Source of the DNA: Cetorhinus maximus
Lineage: Eukaryota
Reading direction: 5' to 3'
Length of the DNA: 64,000 nucleotides
NCBI RefSeq assembly: GCF_964194155.1
Contig: NC_135895.1
Span: 39,432,001 to 39,496,000 of the forward strand
A program made the position numbers and the translations under genes. The notes below the pieces were generated by a model. That model was not told the DNA's origin, ran no database searches, and saw nothing but the letters and a program-made list of their open reading frames with translations. Of the stretch, positions 24,391 through 35,616 are shown piece after piece. Each line of letters starts with the position of its first letter. The stretch's first letter is position 1.

Positions 24391-25388
24391 GCAAAATACT
24401 GTGGATGCTGGAAATCTGAAACAAAAACAAAAAATGCTGGAAAAATTCAGTTCTGACAGCATCTGTGGAAAGACAGAGTTAACGTTTCAATTCTGTATGA
24501 CTTCTTAAGAGCTAAAGGGAATTGAAATGTATTGAAATATGTACTGCTTAAGGGGGGTGGAATATGTGAAGCTGGATAGAAGGCCAGTGATAGGTGGAGG
24601 CAAAGGAGAGATTGGAAAAGATGTCATAAACAAAAGGTCAAAGGGTTGTTAATAGTGGTGGTACTGGCTAAAGGAGGTGGTAATGGTGGCATTAAGAGTG
24701 GAAAGCAGAATGTGATAATGGCCGGACCAGGGTAAGCACTCTGGAAAGTAACAGATGGCCCTCGTGGGGGTGGGGGAGCAGGGGACTGTGGTGGGGGAGA
24801 AAAGATCAAAAATAGGCTAAAAGCTGGGGATAAAAAACTGAATAAAAATGGAAATAAATTTTTAAAAATAATTATTATGAAAATAAGTGGGGGAAAAATA
24901 AACAATAAAAATGATTATAGGAAAAGGGGCTGGGAATGGAGAGAGAGTTCATGATCTGAAGTTGTTGAACTCTGTTTTTTTGCCCCTTTCTCCCCCCTCC
25001 TCCACCCCACCCCCACTAGGGCCATCTGTCATTTTCCAGAGTGCTTACCATGGTCTGGCCATTATCACATTCTGCTTTCCACTCTTAATGACACCATTAG
25101 CACCTCCTTTAGCCAGCACCACCACTATTAACAACCCTTTGACCTTTTGTTTATGACATCCTTTGCAATCTCTCCTTTGCCTCCACCTATCCAGCTTCAC
25201 CTGTTCTATCCCCCTTAAACAGTATATATTTCACCACATTTCTACTTCCCTTTAACTCTGAAGCCATACGGACTCGAAACGTTAACTCTTGTCTTTCTCT
25301 CCGCAGATACTGTCAGACGTGCTGAGTTTTTCCAGCATTTTTTGTTTTTGTTTCAGATTTCCAGCATTCCCAGTATTTTGCCTTTATT
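24391..25388. mobile_element. Tandem pseudo-LTR (minus, 24391-24970) plus inverted pseudo-LTR (plus, about 24975-25388) upstream of the Penelope ORF
   Basis: 24460-24970 repeats 21145-21685 in the same orientation, and 24975-25388 is its reverse complement. This is the classical Penelope direct + inverted pLTR arrangement. Confidence 0.85.
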
Positions 25389-25639
25389 AATATATCAGCC
25401 TTGTCAACCATGGCCAAAGTTCTAATAATTTGAGATGTTTACAGAAGCTTGATGAAGTTTATTCAACACAATTGCTGTATAGTCCCTAAATCTTGTGAAG
25501 AGAGGTATCTATCCACATTTCAATGATTTTAAGTTATTCTTGTGTTTCCAGGGATGAATGGAAAGAGGGAAAATAAAAGTAACAGGTTGGTGCTTGGGTT
25601 GGGGATCCTTATTGGAAAACTACTTTCAGGACCCCAGAA

Positions 25640-26000
25640 TTGTGGTAATGTTACAGGACGAGTAATGCAGAGACTAATGCTCTGGGGACATAGGTTCAAA
25701 TCCCACCACAGCAGCAGCTTCAGGAAATTAAGTGTAAGTTATTAATCTGGAATAAAATGCTGGTTTCATGTATAATGATCATGCAACTATTGGATTGTTG
25801 TAAAAACCCATCTGTTTCAGTAATGCCCTTTAAAGAAAGAAATCTGCTGTGTTTACTTGGTCATGCCTACATGTGATTCCAGACATACAACAATGTGGTT
25901 GATCCTTACCTGCCCTCTGATATGGCCCAGGAAGACACTGTTGCGTCGCCACCTCCTGCTCAAGGCAAGAGATTGGCAATGTTCACATCCTGAGAACGAT
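25640..26000 (+). mobile_element. tRNA-derived SINE sharing LINE-derived body and tail
   Basis: GGTTCAAATCCCACCAC B box; body similar to 35620-35915. Confidence 0.65.
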
Positions 26001-26617
26001 TTTTTAAAAAGTGGTCTGCATCTTCAGCATTGACCTGCTCTCTTTATCCATCAGCTGCTGAAGCCAGCTCAATTTTGCCAATTCTTTTATACTTTTTCTA
26101 ACTACCCACATATTATCCATTGTCATATGTATGTCTTTAGTTTTGCTCACCATGCCTCTTTTTGCTTCATGCAGATATCGTTTCTGCCGTTTAACTATCT
26201 CCATTGAAGTACTTTCCAGGTCATTCTATTTATATTTCTGTATAAGGGATCATTGTATACTCCTTGTATATTTTCCTTTCCCTTTCTGTTCCTTTTTAAA
26301 TGCAGTCCACCAGTAATATATTCCAGTTCTGAGGAAAGGTTAATATCCAAAACATCATTTTTGTTCTCTCTACAGGTGCTGCTCAACATACTCGGTGTTT
26401 TAGATTTTCAACAACTGCAGTGTTTTAGATTTTGTTCAATGTTTTTAGTACTTAACTGATTACTGAATGAGCATTGGGTGTATTGCATGTTTCTGCTGCT
26501 AGAGAGCAGGTCAATGCTGAAGATGCAGACCACTTTTTAAAAAATCGTTCTCAGGATGTGAACATTGCCAATCCCTTGCCTCGAGCAGGAGATGGCGACA
26601 CAACAGTGTCTTCCTGG

Positions 26618-27060
26618 ACAAAACAAAAATTAAAAAAATAATATCCATCCATTGTTTTATCTCTACCTTTTAGCCTTTTTCGATTCCTTCACCCCACCCC
26701 ACCCCCCACTAGGGCTATCTGTACCTTTCTTGTCCTGCTTTCTACCCTTAATTAGCATATTCCTTAGATAATATCACCACCATCAACACCTCTTTGTCCT
26801 TTTGTCTATGACATCTTTGGGTCATCTCCGCCTATCACTGGCCCTCTATCCAGCACTACTTGTCCCACCACACCCCCCCCCCCAAACCAGCTTATATTTT
26901 ACCTCTCTTCTATTTTTGCTTGGTTCTGTTGACGAGTCATGCGGACTCAAAACATTAACTGTGTTCCTCTCCGCAGATGCTGCCAGACCTGCTGAGTTTT
27001 TCCAGTTTTTTTTATTTTTGTTTTGGATTTCCAGCATCCGCAGTTTTTTGCTTTTATCTT
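26618..27060 (+). mobile_element. Penelope-like 3' fragment with 13-bp TSD
   Basis: TSD AGTGTCTTCCTGG at 26605-26617 and 27061-27073; degenerate hammerhead at 26921-26961 (stem II GAGTC/GACTC). Confidence 0.85.
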
Positions 27061-27394
27061 AGTGTCTTCCTGGGCCATTTCAGAGAGCAGTTAAGGATCA
27101 ACCACATTGTTGTAGGTCTGCAATCACATGTAGGCACGACCAAGTAAACACAGCAGATTTCCTTCTTTAAAGGGCATTACTGAACCAGATGGGTTTTTAC
27201 AACAATCCAATAGTTGCATGATCATTATACATGAAACCAGCATAGAAGCTGCAAGCTAGCAGGTGATGGAAAGAAAATTACTCCCATTACCCTTTGGCTA
27301 CAGTTTTCCTGTTAGCACCTTGCACATGTTTTGGCCTCTGTGTGCAAACTAGCTGAGAGATTGAGATTATAAATGACCAGATACTCAGTTTTAA

Positions 27395-27632
27395 TGATGA
27401 TGGTTGAGGGATAAACGTTGGCCAAGTCACCACCAAAACTTCCCTGCTCTTCTATTCTTTGAATGCTGCCATGAGTTCTGGTGTATCCACCCGAGAGGGC
27501 AGGTGGGGCAGTGGTTTCATGTTTAATCTAAATGTCGTTACTCCTTCAGGACTGCACCTAGATTGTGTGCTCAAGTCTCTAGTGTGAGGCTTGAACCCAC
27601 AATTTGCTTACTCAAGAGGCAACTGAGCCAAG
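27395..27632 (-). mobile_element. Deu-domain SINE (SacSINE1-like), degraded
   Basis: Minus strand GGTTCAAGCCTCACACTAGAGACTTGAGCACACAATCTAGG...GCCAACGTTTATCCCTCAACC resembles the Deu-SINE consensus as recalled. Confidence 0.6.
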
Positions 27633-28531
27633 GGAGAATTGCAGTTCAAACCAGGAAATATAAATGAGCATATGAGACCAGTAGCTACTGTTTAAATGCA
27701 CAGAGTACTGTAGGAGTTCTCAAGTTATCAGTCTTAGTGCACAACACAGATGAGTCATGCGCAAATTTAATGTTTGCAACAGTGATCCAGCGGTCCTTTC
27801 GTATTGTTTTGGGCTTTACAACTGTGAATTGAATCCAGTTGGGAATAGAGATTTTTTTGTCATTCAGCATCTTAAACGTATGGCAGGAATAATAATGCCA
27901 TTAGGGACAATGGACATCATAAAAGCATCATGTGAGTTTTCTGAAGTGCTACCCTAGGCTAATATTTACATCTCTTTTGACATCTGCTGTCACCACCCAG
28001 GCATGTTTCTGCACTTTGTGGAGATGCTTTCATTTAAAGAATGAGGGAGACATTATAATGTTGGTAAATTGACTTTTGGTAGAATTTCAGTTAAGATATG
28101 CTTGTAGTTATTTTGTAATGTCGCTTGAATGGTCCTTTGTGCCTTTCCCGTCAGGGGAGTTCAGTACAAAATAGCTATTCCCAACCGGCATCAAAATAGC
28201 AATTTCAAGTAAAGCATAAGTTAAGAATTGGAACAGAGAAACAGTAAATACACAGGCAGTTAATTATAAGGCTGAGAATTATAGAACAACAGGGAATATA
28301 CTTCCTTGCCAAGTCGCGACTGCAATAAAAATATCTAAATTAAAACAGTGTTGTTGGGCCAAACATGACTAAATTTAGATTAATGATTATTTTCAGGGAT
28401 AAGAGGCCACCGGGCTATATCTACTTGATGTAATTCAATTTCTAAAAATGCTCTTACACCCTAACTGTACTGATAGTCGATTATATAGACTTAAGATTTA
28501 TTTTGTTTTTTTCAGGTGTCCTGCCCTTAAG

Positions 28532-28576
28532 ATGTTTGCATTTTTGATGAGGCGATGCTTTAAAATAACTAGCAAA
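28532..28576 (+). CDS. TMEM69: TMEM69 first coding exon (MFAFLMRRCFKITSK); exon starts at 28516
   Basis: Polypyrimidine tract and CAG acceptor ending 28515; ATG at 28532; phase-0 donor AAA|GTAAGT. Peptide resembles a mitochondrial presequence. Matches the short-then-long exon layout of mammalian TMEM69. Confidence 0.8.
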
Positions 28577-28899
28577 GTAAGTGTTGAACATGCTTAAAGA
28601 ATACATTTGTTGGAACTACACAAACTAGATTTGAGTGTATTATACTGTGCAGTGCTTTAACTTTTCCACTAAACATTGCAATTGTAAAAATAAAAGTAAA
28701 GAGAATATAGCCCAAGGGAGCTTAAGTCAATGTAAAAGTAGTATTGGAAGTCATCTGGGTTCCTATGATAAATCCATTTTGATAAATACATGTTGAAAAG
28801 ATAAATATGAATCTGTATTTTAATTCTAACTGCTGGTGGGTCAAAATCAAGACACTCAACAATGTAAAAGTATATGGTTCGTTCTTTTCAGGGGTCTTT

Positions 28900-29350
28900 T
28901 ATTCTTTAATGGGATGTTTTGTTGCCCGTCACTAATTGTGTGGCTTGGAGGGAACTTGCAGGTGTGGTGTTCCCATGCAACTGCTGCCCTTGTCCTTCTA
29001 GATGGTAGAGGTCGTGGGTTTGGAAGGTGCTGTCAAAGGAGCCTTGGTGAGTTGCTGCAGTGCATCTTGTAGATGGTACACACTGCTGCCGCTGTGCGTC
29101 AGTGGCGGAGGGATTGAATGTTTAAGGTGGTGGATGGGGTTCCGATCAAGCAGGCTGCTTTGTCCTGGATGGTGTTGAGCTTCATGAGTGTTGTTATAAC
29201 CAGACAAGTGTAGAGTATTCCATCACACTCCTGACTTGTGTCTTGTAGATGGTGGACAGGCTTTGAGGAGTCAGGTGAGTTAGTCACCTTAGAATTTTCA
29301 GTTTCTGACTAGCTCTTGGAGCTACAGTACATGGCTGGCTGGCTTCTGGT
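28900..29350 (-). mobile_element. 3' fragment of CR1-like LINE (6770-9790 family)
   Basis: KLNTIQDKAACLIGTPSTTLNI peptide on the minus strand. Confidence 0.8.
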
Positions 29351-29679
29351 CAGTGCTTAATATGGTACAAAAGATTTCAACCAATAAAAATATGCTAATA
29401 TTGGGATGGGGTGGGGAGAAAGATAAGCAGTTAAAAATAGTTGCAACTGCATGAACTTCCAAAGTCACTGGTATAGTGAGAAATAGTTCTTCAGACCAAA
29501 TCACAGGGCAGAAGTTTCTGTATTAAGTGCACAACACAGAGGTGTAGAATGAAAGGACTTTGTTGTAATTTTTATTGCTCCCCTATTACCCGAAGGAGAA
29601 TTTCCTCATAGTACAAGCTCTGGGTCCAGTGTATGCCATACATATGAATTGTATTGATAATTGTTACTCTATACTCTAG

Positions 29680-30393
29680 GTTCAAAAATTATCACAGGTT
29701 CCAAATGAATCAAGAAACATCATGTCCTATAACTTACTGACCTCTTCTTGTCTGCAAAGAAGATTTATGACACATCAAAACATCAAGTACTTGCAAAGAT
29801 CTGCATCTTTCTGGACTCAGACAAGCTGTTTTCATGTGTCCTGTCAAGCATCCAAGATAAAGAAAATGGAGGAACCAGAGAAACGTGAATTAGACTTAAT
29901 AAGATATGATTACAAAGAACTGAAGAACAGTCCCAAACCTGCCCTCTACCTCAGCTATGGTGGATTAATTCCTTTTGTATCAGCTCCCCTCATAATGGCC
30001 ATAACAGAGACATATTTCCCTGAACTAGCTTTTGCCCAAATTGCATATGGAGCAACGATTCTTTCTTTCATTGGAGGAGCACGTTGGGGATTTTCAATTC
30101 CAGAAAGCAGCCCTGCAAAACCTGACTGGTTGAATCTGGGAAATAGTGTGGTCCCTTCCTTGCTAGCCTGGGGAGCCCTACTCTTCCATGATAATCTCAC
30201 TGAAGCAGCAATTCTGATTATCATGGGTCTCGGTATAGCATTGCACTATGACTTAGCCTTACTCCCAGGTTATCCAAGCTGGTTCAAAGCTCTTCGTACA
30301 GTGCTGACTGTGGTAGCCACATTCTCTTTAGTTGCCACATTAGTGATCAAAAATACATACCCTGAGAAAAAGCTAGTGTCAGATAGAAAATAA
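29680..30393 (+). CDS. TMEM69: Transmembrane protein 69 (DUF3429), main coding exon; full protein 252 aa
   Basis: SPKPALYLSYGGLIPF, QIAYGATILSFIGGARWGF, GYPSWFKALRTVLT are DUF3429/TMEM69 signatures. TAG acceptor at 29678-29679 is in frame with the ORF; stop TAA at 30393; AATAAA at 30809. Confidence 0.95.
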   Translation, partial: VQKLSQVPNESRNIMSYNLLTSSCLQRRFMTHQNIKYLQRSASFWTQTSCFHVSCQASKIKKMEEPEKRELDLIRYDYKELKNSPKPALYLSYGGLIPFVSAPLIMAITETYFPELAFAQIAYGATILSFIGGARWGFSIPESSPAKPDWLNLGNSVVPSLLAWGALLFHDNLTEAAILIIMGLGIALHYDLALLPGYPSWFKALRTVLTVVATFSLVATLVIKNTYPEKKLVSDRK

Positions 30394-31069
30394 AATCATC
30401 AAGGTTTTTTTTCGTTTTTCAAATTGGGTAGCAGCAGAGAGCACTTTTTTTTAAACTGACTCAAATAAAACTGATGTACAGTTTTTAGTGCAAACTCAAA
30501 AAATGTTTACTAGCCTTAACTTCAACTCGGGTATCTAATGTTTAAACAGACGATGCAATCAATAATGTCAATACTGCAAAATACAATACTTTGTAAAATT
30601 CCTTCTATAACAAGTGATGATTGACAACTAATTCATGACTGTGTTATATTTCAGAGGGCGTCTTATCACCTTTTGAAAATCTAACCATTGAAAGATCTCT
30701 AATTAACTTATACATTATTCCTTTTGTGTTTTTTTTAAACTGATCATATATAAGTATTGTCAATGTTGTGATCTAGCAAAGAAAAAGAAAACACAATAGT
30801 GAATCCTGAATAAAGGTCTTTATGTCAAAGTTTATCTGTTGGTTTCTTTATTACTGGCTACAATCTTACACAAGGTTAAAAGGATTTATTGCTAGCTGTT
30901 TTAGGCAAACTGGATCAATGTAAATTACAGCATGGCGAATGTTAGCATTTCAGGACATGGTACAGGTGCATTTAGTCGCAGAAATCCTTTGTGTGCATGG
31001 ATTGATTGTTTGCAATATACCTGGACATGAACCAATCAAGCAGGTAACTATATTGCTGAAAAAAGAGAT

Positions 31070-31107
31070 GCTATCAAAGCCTTTTGTCTTACACTCATCA
31101 GGATAGC
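31070..31107 (-). ncRNA. Second-family minimal hammerhead ribozyme-like motif
   Basis: Minus strand GCTATC-CTGATGA-GT-GTAAG-AC-AAAA-GGC-TTT-GATAGC: perfect 6-bp stem I, intact CUGAUGA, GAAA read as AAAA. Confidence 0.55.
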
Positions 31108-32319
31108 TCATAAGAAATTACCAACTGTAATGGGGGAACAACAATTTATAATCATGAGAAGAGAGTGCTGTTTTGTGGAGGCGTTACTCAAGTTCTGTAC
31201 TAACAAACAACTATTTATATTGACAATCAATTAAATAAAACCATTTAATTGAATTCCAAGCACCTAAGAGATTGACATCCTGAAATTATCAGCTTGTTTG
31301 GGGTGACAATGTAGGTCAGGTCAGGGCCATGATTAATTATTGTCACTTTGCCAGACAACTCTGGGCCCATGAGTTTCCTATTGTCTTATATATAATTGGC
31401 AATATCAGCTCAGCGAGTCAGTTTGAAATTAGCATTCATTCTGAACGAAGCAGAGACTGTGCTGGCATTTTATATAAGAAATGAGTGGCTATGTTTTAAG
31501 GAACACTGTTACATTGCAAGGTAACAGAGGAGAAGCATCTTGTATGTTTTTACATTTCAAAGTTTAAAGATACTCTAAAGATACTTTTTGTACTGAAGAC
31601 CTTCATTCACCTTTTTAATAGTAAATAGCTTCGTCTGTCAGTTTATACTCTGAGCCTCAGTCTGGTAGAGTCTGCCCCATTGAAGACAAGGGGGGCATGT
31701 GATGGCATCTGATTATAATCCAATAAATAAGAACATAGGGGCATGGGGTTGCCGTTCAATTCGCAGGATTTGCTACACTTTAATTGGGTAGATAAGGATA
31801 AACACTCTGGTTTGTTGAGGATACCAGCATATTTATTGAAGTGGTCATTGATGTTGAATTTAAGTATATCCAGCGTAAAAATCCCAAAAGTCCTTGTAGA
31901 AGGAATTTTACAAAGTATTATACTTCGCAGTATTGACATTATTGATTGCATCGTCTGTTTAAACATTAGATACCCAAGCTGAAGTTAAGGCTAGTAAACG
32001 TTTTGAGTTTACACTAAAAACTTGACTTGGTCGCAATAAAATGCTCACTCTGCAGTGTGTATGGTGAATCAGGCAGTCTTTGGATGACAGTATTAAGTAT
32101 ATACGGTATTAAGAAACCAAAATCTGTTTTGGGTAATATAATTTTTACAATTAATCCACCTGACGGAGAAATGAACAAAATTGTTGAACCAGTAGGTCAT
32201 GTTATACATTCAACCTCATCTTTCCTATTTAGGCCACTGCTCAATGTTCCCTGGAGACAAGTGATCTAGATATGCAAATTCAGATAACTAGCTGCTTTAA
32301 AACTGATGAAGTTAATTGA

Positions 32320-33155
32320 CAGACTGGGTGACCGCTTTGCAGAACACCTTCGGTCTGTCCGCAAGCATGACCCAGACTTCCCTGTCGCTTGCCATTTCAA
32401 CACACCACCCTGCCCTCATGCCCACATGTCCATCCGCAAGCATGACCCAGACTTCCCTGTCACTTGCCATTTCAACACACCACCCTGCCCTCATGCCCAC
32501 ATGTCCATCCTTGGCCTGCTGCAATGTTCCAGTGAAGCTCAACGCAAACTGGAGGAACAGCACCTCATCTGCTGACTCAGCACTTTACAGCCTTCCAGAC
32601 TTAATATTGAGTTCAACAATTTCAGATCATGAACTCTCTCCTCCATCCCCACCCCCTTTCCGGTCCCCCTTTTTCCAATAATTTATAATTTAAAAAAAAT
32701 ATTTTTCTTTTCCCACCTATTTTTAAATTTATTTCGATCTATTGTTTTAACTCCACCTTTTAGCCCATTTCGATCCCTTCCCCCCCACCCCACCCCCACT
32801 AGGGCCATCTGCCACTAGCTTGTCCTGCTTGCTACCCTTAATGTCCCCGTTAGCACATTCCTTAGATAATATCACCACCGTCAAGATCCCTTTGTCCTTT
32901 TGTCTATGACATCTTTGGCAGTCCCTTCTTTGCCTCCACCTATCACTGGCCCCCTATCCAGCTCTACCTATCCCACCCCCCTCTACCAGCTTATACTTCA
33001 CCTCATTTCTCTATTTCTTTAGTTCTGATGAAGAGCCATACAGACTCAATGTCAACTGTATTCCTCTCCACAGATGCTGTCAGACCTGCTGAGTTTTTCT
33101 AGGTATTTTTGTTTTTGTTTCAGATTTCCAGCATCCGCAGTATTTTGCTTTTATC
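32320..33155 (+). mobile_element. 5'-truncated Penelope-like element (GIY-YIG C-terminus + pLTR) with 8-bp TSD
   Basis: RLGDRFAEHLRSVRKHDPDFPVACHFN; TSD TTAATTGA at 32312-32319 and 33156-33163; hammerhead remnant AGTT-CTGATGA-A-GAGCC..GACTC-AAT-GTC-AACT at 33021-33057. Confidence 0.9.
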
Positions 33156-34862
33156 TTAATTGAAGAGCAACTGTACCTGCTTGGATTGTGGGGTTCAGGT
33201 CAGAAGAGCACAACATTTAGTGGATTTTATTTTTAAGATTATTTTGCAACACAAGCTTCTTTGTCCAGCCTGTGAAGTTCCTTTCTTTGAATTTGCCAAA
33301 GTCGGCTTTGTGCACATGTGCAATGTACTTAAAGCTCTCAAGAGTGCAGTACTAACAAAGGTTGTTGCTTCCAATTGGGGAACCATCTTTACCATCTGGC
33401 CTGGATATTTTAAAGAGCTGCAGCATCTCTCTGGTTCTCTCTACGACATCATTATTTGAAAATATGCACCCACCAGCAGAGTACAACAATGCTGTCAAAA
33501 TGGTCATCAGGCATTTGTGCAGTATTTGGAAGGCCCTGATCTCTCTAGCAACCGTTGACAACCAAAGTTGTTCGACATATATATATCAGGTCTACACAAA
33601 ACCTATAAATATAATGCAAAAGTTAGTACAACAAATTGTGTATACATATCTTAATGATGATTAAGAAATATTATTCAAATATTGCCATGGTATTGGAACA
33701 GGAGATTTCATTTATTATACAAACTTTAATTTATATAGCACATTTAGAGTAATAAAAATATCCAAGGCACTTCAGAGGAGCTATATCAGATAATATATGA
33801 TACCCAGCCACAGCGATATTAGGTCAAAAGACTAAAAGTTTGGTAAAGATGTAGTTTCAAGAAGTGATTTAAAAGGAGAGGGTGGAGAGGTTTAAAAAGG
33901 AATTCCAGAGTTTAGGGCTTAGTCAAATGAAGGCATAGCTCCAGTTGTGGAAGGATGAAAAGCTGAAGATATTGTCCCAGCTGATGTGAAATATTGTCAA
34001 TTCAAAATATCTGAATAATAAGCATCTCATTTTTCATTGTTGTATAGAGATAAGCAAAACAATTAATTATGCTTGAATACATTTATTAAGAAAATATACA
34101 TAAAAGAAACCATCAGTATATATCAATCCACACATAGAGAAAAGTACAGCTTTATTTGGTACATAAAGCCCCGAGTAATAAACCACTGCTCAGCTATCTA
34201 ATATTGCTAGCACTTATGCCGAAATACCGGTAATATGCAAAACCACCTTCAGGTATAGTGCAGACTCTGGACATCACTTAAAAAAGGCAATAAGTCAGCT
34301 AAGTCACTCCGTACCATCAGAAATATTCACTTGGCTACATTCAAGGAAAACCACAATGAACATATCCACAACCCTAATTGAGGTTTTGTACAACAAGTTG
34401 TACGATGTTTCAAGTTCTTATTTTTCTAAACTGCACTTTATTGAAATAAAAACACAGCTTTTAAGAAAACAGCTGTTTGATGTTTTGGTTAATTGTATTT
34501 GCTTTTAGAATTTTAAAACCCTGCCATTAACTTGGATAATAACTGACTGTCAACTGAAAATCTGTTACTGTGGGAGTTCTGATCACTGTGGCATGTGTTG
34601 AAATTCACTTCTTTCATTAAATCAAATTTATTTCAAATGAAATTATAGAAACGTCTACACATTTCATTTAGTAAGTAACACAATCTTATTTTTTTTTTGT
34701 ATATTAGTATTAATGTTGCCAGCTCTTCGCTGAGTCCTCAACTTGAAACCCAATGGTAGCTTCCTTTAGCACAATGGAAATAGGTGATGATAGTTCAATT
34801 TGACATACTGATTTTCTCCATCTAGGAGTAATTTTGATAAAGTATCAAAAGGCAATCAACTG

Positions 34863-35087
34863 CTAAAGCACAGCTACTCCCCCATCACAGCGGCTGGTTA
34901 TCATGTTCCCGATTTCCATCCATGTGTCAGTATGAGGATCATACACTTCAACAGAGTCGAGAGTAACAGGAGCTGAGGAATCCCTACCTGATGTTCGACC
35001 TCCTACTGCATAAAGAAGGCCATTAACAGCAATAACCGAAACACCTGCTCTTGCCATTTTCATAGGTGAAACCTCAAACCACTTCTC
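34863..35087 (-). CDS. IPP: IPP last coding exon (EKWFEVSPM...DGGVAVL*)
   Basis: Kelch repeat; CAG acceptor; 225 nt; stop TAG; minus-strand AATAAA candidates at 34627, 34437 and 34082. Confidence 0.93.
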   Translation of the reverse strand, partial: EKWFEVSPMKMARAGVSVIAVNGLLYAVGGRTSGRDSSAPVTLDSVEVYDPHTDTWMEIGNMITSRCDGGVAVL

Positions 35088-35616
35088 CTGGAAAAGGAGG
35101 GCGGGGTTGGGAGGGAAAAAAGTATAAAAGAAATCTGAATTCACCAAATCACGCCTTATCACGTATCACGCCAAGTTGCCTTGACTGATACGATCCACCA
35201 TGTCACCTTGTAGGGCTGAGCAATGCACGACCGTAATGGTACGGATCTCACTAATTTCCAAGTCCATTTAATATCATTCATCTTCAACAGAAACAACACA
35301 AAACAAGATGCAAATTTAGCCCAATGTTCTTGATCTCAAACTATTGTTATGCAGAAGTGCCAAGTGGAGGGCAGAGCAGACCAGTAATCAGTGTGTTGTA
35401 TGCAGAATTTTCACTTCATTCAAACAGATCAAACCTTTGGCCTAGTGGTAGGATTCCCACTTGAGTCAGAATTTAGAGGGTTGTGACCTTACTCCTTACT
35501 TTCCAGGCAAATAAAGCTCCAGCTTTGAATTCTGGGTTAATATGCAGCAAGATATTCAGGTCTAGTGGAGTGGGAATAGCTGGCCCCCAACCAATACCCC
35601 CACAACCAACCCCCTT

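Noticed and set aside
29955-30224. Antisense ORFs over TMEM69 and IPP exons (also 49986..50419)
   Set aside because: Shadow frames of real coding sequence with no independent support.
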